Source: Fibrobacterota bacterium
Lineage (GTDB): Bacteria; Fibrobacterota; Fibrobacteria; UBA11236; JADFYW01
Reading direction: 5' to 3'
DNA: 64,000 nt
Assembly (NCBI GenBank): GCA_042567505.1
Contig: JBHPJW010000004.1
Coordinates: 1,151 to 65,150, forward strand
The notes under the pieces were generated by a model. The model was given only the letters and a program-made list of their open reading frames with translations, had not been told where the DNA came from and made no database searches. Each line of letters starts with the position of its first letter. Positions within the stretch are counted from its first letter, which is position 1. A program made the position numbers and the translations under genes. This document shows, one piece after another, positions 19,231-28,328 of this stretch.

Positions 19231-20784
19231 ATGTACACCTACAATCTGGGCATTCGCTTTAATTCTGTTGCAGCAAAATACCCGGGCAATACGGCCTTGA
19301 AATTCAGTTCATCGGATTGTATTTCCTATGAAGAAATAAATAAGCTGTCCAACCGGTTGGCACGTTTCCTACTGGATAAAAAGATCTCTCGAGGCGACGT
19401 GGTATGCATTTCAGGCAGCAAAAAGGCGTCGACCTTTGCCGGAATGCTGGCCTGTCTGAAAACCGGCGCGGTCTACGCTATTCTCGATCCCGACAGCCCG
19501 GCTGAGAGGTTGAGAAAAATAATGGCCGCCTGCGGGCCAAAAGTGCTGCTGTGCGGGCCTCAGATGGAACAGAAACTCAGGAAAGCCTTGGGAGGGCTTG
19601 AAATCATTACCAATGAGCAGAGGGAATTAAAAGGAAAAATTTCCGGTTATGAGGAAACGATCCCGGAACAGGCTCATGCGGTGACGGGCTCAGACCCGGC
19701 TTATATCATGTTTACTTCCGGCTCCACGGGTTTCCCAAAAGGCGCTGTTATGAGCCACGCCAACGTGCTCAATCTCATAGACTGGAGCCATGATACCTAC
19801 GGCATTACCCCGGATGATGTCCTTACCAATGTCAACCCCGTCTACTTCGACAATTCAGTATTTGATTTTTATTCGGCGCTTTTTTCCGGCGCGGCCCTGG
19901 CGTCTTTCACTAAAGATACGGTAACAGACGCAAAAACGCTGGTGGACATGATTGACGAACTGAAATGCACGCAGTGGTTTTCAGTGCCCACCCTGCTTAT
20001 TTTCCTTCAGACCATGAAAGTCCTGAACAGCGAAAATTTGCTGCATATAAAAAGGATAATATTCGGGGGCGAGGGCTATCCGAAGGCCAAGCTGAAAAAG
20101 CTCTTTGATTTATATTCAGGCAGGATCGATTTCTTTAATGTGTACGGACCCACCGAATGCACTTGTATATGCTCGTCTTATAAGCTTTCCTCAGAAGACT
20201 TTAAAGACCTGAGCGGGTTTCCCCCCTTAGGGGAAATGATAAAAAATTTTTCCTATCTGATACTGGATACCAAAAACAGGAAGGTCAAGGACAATGAGAC
20301 AGGGGAGCTGTGCCTGCTGGGCCCGAACGTGGGAATGGGCTACTATAATGACCCGGAAAGGACCGGCTCGGCGTTTGTTCAGAATCCCTATAACCAGAGC
20401 CATGCCGAAGTGATGTATAAAACGGGAGATATGGTGAGGTACAATCCCAAAGACGGAAAAGTGTACATAGGCGGCAGGAAGGACAACCAGATCAAGCACA
20501 TGGGGTACCGCATCGAGCTGGAGGAGATTGAAACGGCGCTCAGCTGCCTGGATTACATTTCCCAGTCCGCGGTCCTACACGGCAGTTCAAGGGGATTAAG
20601 CCGGATCATTTCGGTAGTAAGCGCGAAAAAGGAAATAAATGAGGAGACCATCCGAGGTGATCTTAAACGGATTATTCCGGAATATATGGTGCCTTCTGAA
20701 TTTCATATTATAGATGAACTGCCCCGGAATCCCAATGGAAAGGTAGACAGGAAACGGCTGGCAGATGAATATTTAAACCAATAA
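19231..20784 (+). CDS. Stand-alone adenylation enzyme (AMP-dependent ligase, DltA-like size and motifs)
   Basis: 517 aa with MFTSGSTGFPKG, NVYGPTE, YKTGD, GRKDNQIKHMGYRIELEEIE and PRNPNGKVDRKRL. No condensation or thioesterase domain is present. Confidence 0.8.
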   Translation: MYTYNLGIRFNSVAAKYPGNTALKFSSSDCISYEEINKLSNRLARFLLDKKISRGDVVCISGSKKASTFAGMLACLKTGAVYAILDPDSPAERLRKIMAACGPKVLLCGPQMEQKLRKALGGLEIITNEQRELKGKISGYEETIPEQAHAVTGSDPAYIMFTSGSTGFPKGAVMSHANVLNLIDWSHDTYGITPDDVLTNVNPVYFDNSVFDFYSALFSGAALASFTKDTVTDAKTLVDMIDELKCTQWFSVPTLLIFLQTMKVLNSENLLHIKRIIFGGEGYPKAKLKKLFDLYSGRIDFFNVYGPTECTCICSSYKLSSEDFKDLSGFPPLGEMIKNFSYLILDTKNRKVKDNETGELCLLGPNVGMGYYNDPERTGSAFVQNPYNQSHAEVMYKTGDMVRYNPKDGKVYIGGRKDNQIKHMGYRIELEEIETALSCLDYISQSAVLHGSSRGLSRIISVVSAKKEINEETIRGDLKRIIPEYMVPSEFHIIDELPRNPNGKVDRKRLADEYLNQ

Positions 20785-20828
20785 GACTGATTAACTACAG
20801 GGAATTGTTCTCTTAAGGAGGAAAAGCC

Positions 20829-21500
20829 ATGAGCAAGATTGTAATATTTGGAGAGGGAAAAATCGCAGACGAGGCGTATTTCTATCTCACTAATGACAGT
20901 CCGCATGAGATTGCCGCTTTTACCGCAGATGCCGATTATATCTCCAAAAAGGAAAAGTTCGGCCTGCCGATCATTCCTTTTGAGGAAATCCTGGACAGGT
21001 ATCCGCCGGATGATAATAAGATGTTTGTCGCTTTGGGATACCAGAACCTGAACAAGCTGCGGGCGGAAAAATACCGGGAATGTAAAGAGAAAGGCTACAG
21101 TCTAATAAGTTATGTCAGCTCAAAAACCGGAAATTTCGGAAACGTGGAAATTGGCGACAATTGCTTTATCCTTGACAACGCCACAATGCAACCTTGTTGC
21201 AGAATAGGAAACAACGTTACGATATGGAGTAATAATCTGATTGGACATCACTCCGTAGTCGAAGACCACTGTTATATTGCGGGTAATGTAACAATATCCG
21301 GAAACACAACCATTGGCGCTTATTGCTTTATTGGTGTGAATGCCTGTATCGGTCATGAACTGCAAATCGGTGAAGAATGCATGATTGGGGCCCGCTCTCT
21401 CATAACAAAAAGCACTGAACCCAAGAGCGTTTTCATCGAACAGGACACGGAAAAGTTTAGGCTGGACAGCTCGTCATTTGTGAAAATGACAAGGCTTTGA
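20829..21500 (+). CDS. Left-handed beta-helix (hexapeptide) sugar N/O-acyltransferase, PglD/NeuD-like
   Basis: N-terminal Rossmann-like KIVIFGEGKIA, then a run of hexapeptide repeats (IGDNCFI..., IGNNVTI..., IAGNVTISGNTTIGAYCFIGVNACIG...). Strong SD AAGGAGG. Confidence 0.8.
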   Translation: MSKIVIFGEGKIADEAYFYLTNDSPHEIAAFTADADYISKKEKFGLPIIPFEEILDRYPPDDNKMFVALGYQNLNKLRAEKYRECKEKGYSLISYVSSKTGNFGNVEIGDNCFILDNATMQPCCRIGNNVTIWSNNLIGHHSVVEDHCYIAGNVTISGNTTIGAYCFIGVNACIGHELQIGEECMIGARSLITKSTEPKSVFIEQDTEKFRLDSSSFVKMTRL

Positions 21501-21567
21501 TTACATACAATTCAAATCCAAGAAATGGTAAATGGTAATGCCGACATGTAAGCTAAAGGAGTGAAAA

Positions 21568-22572
21568 ATGGATAAGGAACATCCTTTTATTTGCCCGGAG
21601 ACCTTAAGGCCTTTTACATTAGAAGTGGAAAAAGAGGAACAAAACCAAGTAGTGGAAGGGCGCCTCATATCAGAGAATAAAGTTATTTATCCAATACATA
21701 ACGGCGTTCCAGATCTTGTTTTTCCAAGGGTCCTGCCTGAAGAGGATCAAAGCGCTAAAAACTGGTATGACGACAACGCTGATGTATATGATGATTTTTT
21801 ACCTTTAACTTTTGATACTTTTTCTGTTGACGAACTGGCTATCCGGCGGGAGATGGTGTCTCAACTCGATTTAAAACCGGATTATAAAGTCCTGGAGACG
21901 GGGTGCGGCACAGGTAGGGATTCCGTCTTGATCGCCGAGCATCTCGGAGAAAACGGAGAACTGCACCTGCAGGACATTTCTTATAAAATATTAGAGAAGA
22001 GTTTTGATAAAATGAAAGAATATAAAACTCATATTACCTTCTCTCTTTCAAATGCATGTTACCTGCCGTTTCCTGATAATTATTTCGATGTTTATTACCA
22101 TTTCGGGGGATTTAATACGTTTTCAGAGAAGAAACGCGCATTTTCCGAGATTAGCAGGGTAACCAAAATTGGGGGCAAGGTAATTGTTGGGGATGAGAGC
22201 ATGCCGTCATGGCTGAGAAGCACTGATTTCGGAAAAATACTCATGAATTCGAATCCTCACTATAAATATGAACTGCCTCTTGAGTATATGCACGTTTCGG
22301 CAAGAGACGTGTCCTTGCATTGGATAATAGGGGGCGTATTTTATTACCTGAGCTATACTATTGGAGAAGGTGAACCCGATGCTAATTTGGATTTTGAGAT
22401 TCCCGGTCCCAGAGGAGGAACGCACAGGACAAGGTATTTCGGACATATTGAAGGCGTGTCGGAAGAAGTTATTGACTTAGCGAGAAAGGCCAGGGAAAAG
22501 ACTGGAAAAAGCATGTACAGGTGGCTGGATGACGCTATTAAGAAGGCGGCAAAGGATGATCTTGGCATTTAG
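21568..22572 (+). CDS. Class I SAM methyltransferase with an N-terminal Trm112-like segment
   Basis: N-terminus FICPETLRPF...IYPIHNGVPDLVFP, then motif I VLETGCGTGRDS. An acidic residue follows the second strand. Confidence 0.7.
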   Translation: MDKEHPFICPETLRPFTLEVEKEEQNQVVEGRLISENKVIYPIHNGVPDLVFPRVLPEEDQSAKNWYDDNADVYDDFLPLTFDTFSVDELAIRREMVSQLDLKPDYKVLETGCGTGRDSVLIAEHLGENGELHLQDISYKILEKSFDKMKEYKTHITFSLSNACYLPFPDNYFDVYYHFGGFNTFSEKKRAFSEISRVTKIGGKVIVGDESMPSWLRSTDFGKILMNSNPHYKYELPLEYMHVSARDVSLHWIIGGVFYYLSYTIGEGEPDANLDFEIPGPRGGTHRTRYFGHIEGVSEEVIDLARKAREKTGKSMYRWLDDAIKKAAKDDLGI

Positions 22573-22593
22573 CATTTTAGGCAAGGAACAGTT

Positions 22594-23370
22594 ATGAAAA
22601 AGAAAGTTACATATGACGCAGGCTATAGGGATTTTTATGATAAAAAAGAGAAAGAGCATTGGGATTTGCTAGAAAAGGCCATCCAGAAGGCGGATATTCC
22701 ATTAAACGAAGTAATGAAAAATTATGCCGCATATATAAGAAGGAGAGACATGCCCAGGCTTTTGGCCCATTATGAACTGTTCAGGATGGTAGAAAACCTG
22801 CCTGGCTCTATAGTAGAACTGGGCGTTTTTCTGGGTGCGGGATTGTTTACGTTCGCGAAATTACTGGAAACCTTCGTGCCCGGCGACAGGAGCAGGAAGG
22901 TTTATGGTTTTGATAATTTTAAAGGTTATCCTGATTTTACGGAAAAAGACGGTCAGGCTTTGCCATGGGTTAAGAAATTAATAGGAAATAAAAAATCAAA
23001 ATTATCATATATTGAGGATATGGTAAGGCTCCACAATAACGATAATCTCATTCCAGGGGTCGAGAGGGTTAAAATTATCCCGGGAGATATCAAAGATACT
23101 GTGCCTGAGTTTGTCAAGAGTTCCCTAGGTATGAGAATAAGCCTGCTTTATTTTGACGTTAATATATATGAACCAACAAAGGTAGGTCTGGAATTTCTGT
23201 ATCCGTTGGTGATTCCAGGGGGCGTAGTCGCGTTCAATGCTTATGGGGCGCCTCCCTGGGAAGGGGAGGCGAATGCAATAGAGGAATATTTTTCCAACCT
23301 CGGCAGGCAACCGGTAATGAATAAATTTTCTTTTTCAACACATCCCAGCGCTTATTTTATTAAAGAGTAA
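22594..23370 (+). CDS. TylF/MycF-type (macrocin-O-methyltransferase-like) sugar O-methyltransferase
   Basis: GSIVELGVFLGAG motif I, and LLYFDVNIYEPT resembling the metal/substrate region of the TylF family. Confidence 0.6.
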   Translation: MKKKVTYDAGYRDFYDKKEKEHWDLLEKAIQKADIPLNEVMKNYAAYIRRRDMPRLLAHYELFRMVENLPGSIVELGVFLGAGLFTFAKLLETFVPGDRSRKVYGFDNFKGYPDFTEKDGQALPWVKKLIGNKKSKLSYIEDMVRLHNNDNLIPGVERVKIIPGDIKDTVPEFVKSSLGMRISLLYFDVNIYEPTKVGLEFLYPLVIPGGVVAFNAYGAPPWEGEANAIEEYFSNLGRQPVMNKFSFSTHPSAYFIKE

Positions 23371-23390
23371 AACCTGTAAAGGAAATCCTT

Positions 23391-24332
23391 ATGAAATTCT
23401 CAAAAAAGGGATTGATTTTTTGCCCAAAAGGCGAACATAAGTTCATGAATAGCCATGCTCAAGTGCCTACTATACTGGAAGGTGAAAAACATTTCAGAGT
23501 ATATTTTTCCACAAGGCCCAATCCCAAATTAAGCCTGACCACCTTTTTAGATATAGACAAAAACAATCCCAAAAAAGTGATTTACCTGCACGACAAATCA
23601 ATTATCCCCTGTGGGGGACCTGGGACCTTTGATGAATTTGGCGTGATGCCCAGTACAGTTGTAAGGAAAGAGGGCGTTGTGTACATGTTCTATACGGGAT
23701 GGAGCAGAGGCGAAACGGTTCCTTATTTGAATGCTGTGGGATTGGCGGTTAGCGAAGATAATGGTAAAACATTTGAGAAACACAGCAAAGGCCCGATTAT
23801 AGAAAGAAGAGAGCATGAACCATTTTCCGCCATGTCGCCTTATGTGCTCTATGAGCATGGAACTTGGCACATGTGGTATTCTTCAGGCACCGGTTGGTAT
23901 AAATCAAAGGTAAAGTATGAGCCTATTTATTTGATAAAATATGCGAAATCGACTGACGGGATACATTGGAACCAAACAAATATCATATCGATTAATCCTA
24001 AAAATGAGCTTGAGGCCATGACAAGGCCCTCGGTAGTAAAAATTGCCGATAAATACCACATGTGGTTTTGCTATAGAGACAGTCTTGATTATCGGGGTGG
24101 GCGGGGGAGTTATAGAATAGGGTATGCTGATTCAGATGATATGATTAACTGGAGGCGTAAGGATTCAAAAGCAGGAATTACGGTTTCGAAAAAAGGATGG
24201 GATTCTGTCATGGTCCAATACCCCCAAATAATAAAATTAAAAAATAAACTTCTCATGTTCTATAATGGAAATGGTTTTGGGGCGTCAGGCATAGGGTACG
24301 CCGTGGGTGAAATGAATAAGATTAAATTATAA
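23391..24332 (+). CDS. Beta-propeller protein resembling GH32/43/130-clan glycosidases or phosphorylases
   Basis: Repeated blade-like segments GVVYMFYTGW, GTWHMWYSSG, KYHMWFCYRD and KLLMFYNGNG. No signal peptide. The assignment is by pattern only. Confidence 0.4.
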   Translation: MKFSKKGLIFCPKGEHKFMNSHAQVPTILEGEKHFRVYFSTRPNPKLSLTTFLDIDKNNPKKVIYLHDKSIIPCGGPGTFDEFGVMPSTVVRKEGVVYMFYTGWSRGETVPYLNAVGLAVSEDNGKTFEKHSKGPIIERREHEPFSAMSPYVLYEHGTWHMWYSSGTGWYKSKVKYEPIYLIKYAKSTDGIHWNQTNIISINPKNELEAMTRPSVVKIADKYHMWFCYRDSLDYRGGRGSYRIGYADSDDMINWRRKDSKAGITVSKKGWDSVMVQYPQIIKLKNKLLMFYNGNGFGASGIGYAVGEMNKIKL

Positions 24333-24351
24333 TTTAATCAGGATTAAAGAG

Positions 24352-25575
24352 ATGACTATAAAAAAAATTTCTGAACTTGCATCCTTCAACGGCAGGCCAT
24401 TTTTTAATCGAAAGCTTCATGTTGGCCAGCCCAATATCGGCAACAGGGAGAATTTGATAAGAAGGATAAATAAAATACTTGACAAAAAATGGCTTACCAA
24501 CGCTGGTCCATATGTTCAAAAGTTTGAACGGCAAATTGCCGAATATGTCGGCGTAAAACATTGTATAGCGATGTGCAACGGGACTATTGCGTTGGAAAAT
24601 GCTATTAGGGCGCTGGACCTGAGCGGCGAGGTCATTGTTCCGTCTTTTACTTTCGTTGCCACTCCAAATTCTCTGCAATGGCAGGAGATTGCGCCAGTCT
24701 TCTGTGACATCAATCCCGAGACGTTTACTATTGATCCCATGCAGATTGAAAGATTGATAACCCCAAGAACTACTGGGATTATCGGTGTTCATTTATGGGG
24801 AAGAATCTGTGATATAGATAAACTGTCTGAAGTGGCGGAGCATTATAAGCTGAAGTTGTTGTTTGACGCGGCCCATTCGTTCGGTTGTTCCTACAAAGGA
24901 AAAATGATAGGGGGATTTGGAGAGTTGGAGGTGTTCAGTTTTCATGCCACTAAGTTTTTAAACACGCTTGAAGGCGGAGCAGTGGTTACTAACAATGATA
25001 ACTTGGCGGTTAAAATACGCCTTATGAAGAATTTTGGGTTTACTGATTACGATAAGGTCGATTATATCGGCGTGAACGGAAAGATGAACGAAATTTCAGC
25101 AGCAATGGGCATTACAGGACTGGAGTCAATTGAATATTTTATTGATACCAATAAAACCAATTTTAATCTCTACCAGAAGGAACTTGAGGGCCTGAAAGGG
25201 ATAAAAGTGCTGCCTTATAATGAAAGCGAAAAATGCAACTATCAGTATGTCGTGCTTACTATTAATGAAAAAACTGCTCAAATCAGCCGAGATCAGCTCA
25301 TATCCTTATTGCATTCAGAAAACATACTGGCGCGCAAGTATTTTTATCCGGGTTGCCACCGCATGGAGCCATATCGGTCCTTTTTTCCTCATGCGGGTTT
25401 ATTATTGCCTCAGACCGAAAGGATGGCGGAAAAAACGGTTGTTCTGCCGACAGGGACCTCAATCAATAAAGATGATATTGCAAATATATGTGATATTATT
25501 AAAATTATAATTAATAACGCGCCGGAAATACAGCTTCAGGCATCTCAGATTAAAAAGCAGAACACCATGCATTAG
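24352..25575 (+). CDS. DegT/DnrJ/EryC1/StrS-family PLP sugar aminotransferase (second)
   Basis: FDAAHS and the PLP-lysine context FSFHATKFLNTLEGG. The antisense ORF 24334..24792 is a shadow of this gene. Confidence 0.85.
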   Translation: MTIKKISELASFNGRPFFNRKLHVGQPNIGNRENLIRRINKILDKKWLTNAGPYVQKFERQIAEYVGVKHCIAMCNGTIALENAIRALDLSGEVIVPSFTFVATPNSLQWQEIAPVFCDINPETFTIDPMQIERLITPRTTGIIGVHLWGRICDIDKLSEVAEHYKLKLLFDAAHSFGCSYKGKMIGGFGELEVFSFHATKFLNTLEGGAVVTNNDNLAVKIRLMKNFGFTDYDKVDYIGVNGKMNEISAAMGITGLESIEYFIDTNKTNFNLYQKELEGLKGIKVLPYNESEKCNYQYVVLTINEKTAQISRDQLISLLHSENILARKYFYPGCHRMEPYRSFFPHAGLLLPQTERMAEKTVVLPTGTSINKDDIANICDIIKIIINNAPEIQLQASQIKKQNTMH

Positions 25576-25725
25576 CATCCCTTAGGGCTGAGTGAGATTC
25601 GAGTCGTATACTAAACCGTAATTTTTTAAATAGGGAAAGAGCACCTCATATGGCCTCCTTGATAAAAGCATGATTAATCAAATAGCCATAGTAAGTAAAA
25701 ACTGCCTGCCCTGACTGACGACGGA

Positions 25726-27336
25726 ATGACCTCTCTTTTAAAGGGAAAAAAGTACCAACTGTTATTCAGGAATAATATCATTTATGATCTTCTAATGAAG
25801 AATATTATTCTAAGCAGAAGCTCTGACTCCAATGATATGACTTTAAAAAAAATTAGTAATCTGGCGAATTTTTCATGGTTTAATCATCCGGGTTTTTTTG
25901 CTGACGGTAAACTGGAGAATATGGCCTTTGAAATAGGCGCGAACTTAAAAGATGATGCGTATTGTGATCAAACTATTGTAAGCAGAGTAAGACGGGAATT
26001 TGAAAGGGAAACCAAAAAGAAGAACCTGCTGGTTGCAACACAATTGTATGATATCGGCGGACATACAAAAGTAATAGACAAGTTTATCAGGGATGATGTG
26101 GAATCGTCACACTTGATTGTTTTGACAAAGCAGAATAAAAAAATGCCAGAATGGTTGGAAGAGAACGCTGCTGAAAGCAAGGTTCCTGTTATTTGTCTGG
26201 AAACTGGTTCGTCGGTTGGAAGGGCTTCGACCTTAAGAAGCATAGCAAAGTATTTTGACAGGGTTTTACTCTTTATCCATCCGCATGATGAAATTCCCAT
26301 AGTCGCTTTTTCCGTTAAGATGGATCAGGTCGTGTTCATTGAAAACCACGCGCATTTCTGGTTTTGGCTGGGGATTACCGTAGGAGATGTGGTTTTCAGC
26401 CATTTGAAATATATGGATAGAATTGTCAAGGAAAGACGGCGTGCGAAAAATAGTTTCTATTTCCCTTTGGCCTATAAAAGGATCGCTGAAGATGATAACA
26501 ACAGGTTAAGCAAAAAAGAGGCAAAAGAGAAGATCGGGCTAGATCCGGATTGTTTTCTTATTGTTACAATAGGATCAAGAGAAAAATACGCGCCGAACAA
26601 GAGATATAATTTTTTCCTGACGGCTGAGAAAATTTTAAACAAAAATCCTTTTGTAACTATTGTGGTTATTGGCGTTGATTACCAGGATGGCTTTGTAAAA
26701 AAATATGTGCCAAAAAAAAATGATCGGATGAAATTACTAGGTCCGGTATGGAAACCTTACAAGTACTATGAAGCGGCAGATATAATCTTGGAATCATTTC
26801 CCTTATCGTCAATTGGGCCAATTTATGAAGCTGTCGTCTATCATGACGTATGTCCTTTATTCGCTTACGGTGAAGAAACAAACATACTGACATGCCAAAG
26901 AGAGGTTGCTGACCCTGTTATAGCGTTGGATGAAGAGGAGTATTTAAATGATTTGGATAAATTGGTAATGGATTCTCACTTGCGGGATAAGGTTACGAAA
27001 GAGGTAAAAGACCTTTTTATTAAAAGAGACATGGCGTTTTATGATTACCTCAACAAGATGTATCAGGATTATGATGGAATCAAACACGCACCGGCAAGAA
27101 TTCCGAAAGCTGTTTTCGAACCTGATCACAATGATCTGGAACTGGCGGGCGTGAGCAGAATGAAGACCTTCTCCAGTATATTTTCTTTTCTGGACAGGAC
27201 TTATCTTAAATTAAGGTTGATTGAAAAGCTCAGGATTCTTTTCTTCTTTTTCATAAGAGGCATGTTCTGGCCGGAATATTTCCGCATGGCGATAAATTTA
27301 CCGCGGAAAGTTTTGTTACTTTTTAATAAGACATGA
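25726..27336 (+). CDS. Unassigned 536-aa protein, possibly GT-B-fold glycosyltransferase-like; start uncertain
   Basis: Rossmann-like LLVATQLYDIGGHT and a second half FLIVTIGSREKY...TIVVIGV...MKLLGPV...YYEAADIILESFP reminiscent of GT-B C-domains. The stop overlaps the wzm start (ATGA). Several internal Met residues could be the true start. Confidence 0.35.
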   Translation: MTSLLKGKKYQLLFRNNIIYDLLMKNIILSRSSDSNDMTLKKISNLANFSWFNHPGFFADGKLENMAFEIGANLKDDAYCDQTIVSRVRREFERETKKKNLLVATQLYDIGGHTKVIDKFIRDDVESSHLIVLTKQNKKMPEWLEENAAESKVPVICLETGSSVGRASTLRSIAKYFDRVLLFIHPHDEIPIVAFSVKMDQVVFIENHAHFWFWLGITVGDVVFSHLKYMDRIVKERRRAKNSFYFPLAYKRIAEDDNNRLSKKEAKEKIGLDPDCFLIVTIGSREKYAPNKRYNFFLTAEKILNKNPFVTIVVIGVDYQDGFVKKYVPKKNDRMKLLGPVWKPYKYYEAADIILESFPLSSIGPIYEAVVYHDVCPLFAYGEETNILTCQREVADPVIALDEEEYLNDLDKLVMDSHLRDKVTKEVKDLFIKRDMAFYDYLNKMYQDYDGIKHAPARIPKAVFEPDHNDLELAGVSRMKTFSSIFSFLDRTYLKLRLIEKLRILFFFFIRGMFWPEYFRMAINLPRKVLLLFNKT

Positions 27337-28211
27337 GCAAAGAGCGAGCAAACCAAAACTCCAAGGTTGAGAAATCCGGGCTCGATTCACAGGCCGAGAT
27401 ATCAGTTATTGAACCTGTGAGCGGCTGGCGGCTTGTAGACTTTAAAGAGGTGTGGGCATATAAAGACCTCCTTTATTTTTTAGTTTGGCGGGACGTTAAA
27501 GCCAGATACGCCCAATCTGTATTAGGAATCGGCTGGGCGGTCATACAGCCTGTTTTCCGCATGATAGTCTTCACGATTATTTTTGGGAGACTGGCAAAAA
27601 TAAATTCTGACGGTGTTCCCTATGCCATTTTCAGTTACGTGGCTCTGGTGCCCTGGACCTATTTTTCCAGCGCTCTTGGGGGCGCCAGTTCCAGTGTTAT
27701 CGGTTCGTCGGGCATGCTGACCAAGGTGTATTTCCCCAGGTTGATAATACCGCTGTCCAGCGTTTTTAGCAAACTGGTTGATTTTATCATTGCTTTTTTC
27801 ATTGTTTTCGGATTGCTGTTATATTATAAGATGGCCCCTACCATGTGGGTTATCGTGTCGCCTTTGCTGGTCTTGATAATGATGCTTTCCGCCGCGGGAT
27901 TGGGCATGTGGCTTACGGCTCTGGCTGTCCAGTACCGGGATATAAATTATGCCATGAGTTTTCTTATACAAATACTCATGTATGCCGCGCCAGTCGTATA
28001 TCCTTTGAGTCTGATACCGGAAAGATACCACCTGATTTACAGCATAAATCCCATGGTATCGGTCATTGAAGGATTCCGGTCCGCTTTCCTGGCCACAAAT
28101 CCCATGCCATGGGACTTGATAGGGATTGGGATGATCTCAGCTGTTGTGTTATTTACAACAGGAACGCTTTATTTCCGCCGGATGGAACGCATTTTCGCAG
28201 ACGTGGTTTAA
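27333..28211 (+). CDS. wzm: ABC-2 type polysaccharide export permease (Wzm)
   Basis: WRDVKARYAQSVLGIGWAVIQP N-terminal signature followed by about 6 TM spans. Confidence 0.85.
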   Translation: MSKERANQNSKVEKSGLDSQAEISVIEPVSGWRLVDFKEVWAYKDLLYFLVWRDVKARYAQSVLGIGWAVIQPVFRMIVFTIIFGRLAKINSDGVPYAIFSYVALVPWTYFSSALGGASSSVIGSSGMLTKVYFPRLIIPLSSVFSKLVDFIIAFFIVFGLLLYYKMAPTMWVIVSPLLVLIMMLSAAGLGMWLTALAVQYRDINYAMSFLIQILMYAAPVVYPLSLIPERYHLIYSINPMVSVIEGFRSAFLATNPMPWDLIGIGMISAVVLFTTGTLYFRRMERIFADVV

Positions 28212-28328
28212 TGAAATCGAGCATAATGTATATCCATTGACATGAACACAAAATTAATATGATATCATTTAGAAGAATGTGCTGATGATGTTCACCTTCA
28301 TCTCAGGCAGTAAACATTCGACAAAAGG

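Noticed and set aside
19231-20784. Reading the adenylation enzyme plus ACP as an NRPS/PKS natural-product cluster
   Set aside because: No condensation, ketosynthase, acyltransferase or thioesterase domains occur anywhere in the window. The context is entirely glycan assembly and export.
24334-24792. Antisense ORFs opposite well-supported genes (for example 24334..24792, 17664..18113, 11448..11897, 13067..13546, 29741..30253, 31918..32496, 35170..35676, 43328..43807, 44383..44838, 62550..63101)
   Set aside because: Each is fully embedded opposite a gene with strong family motifs. Each has no motifs of its own and has Ser/Pro/Arg-rich shadow-frame composition.
28237-28265. TTGACA, 17-nt spacer, TGATAT promoter-like element between wzm and wzt
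   Set aside because: The -10 hexamer is poor. The permease and ATPase are normally co-transcribed. The host promoter consensus is unknown.
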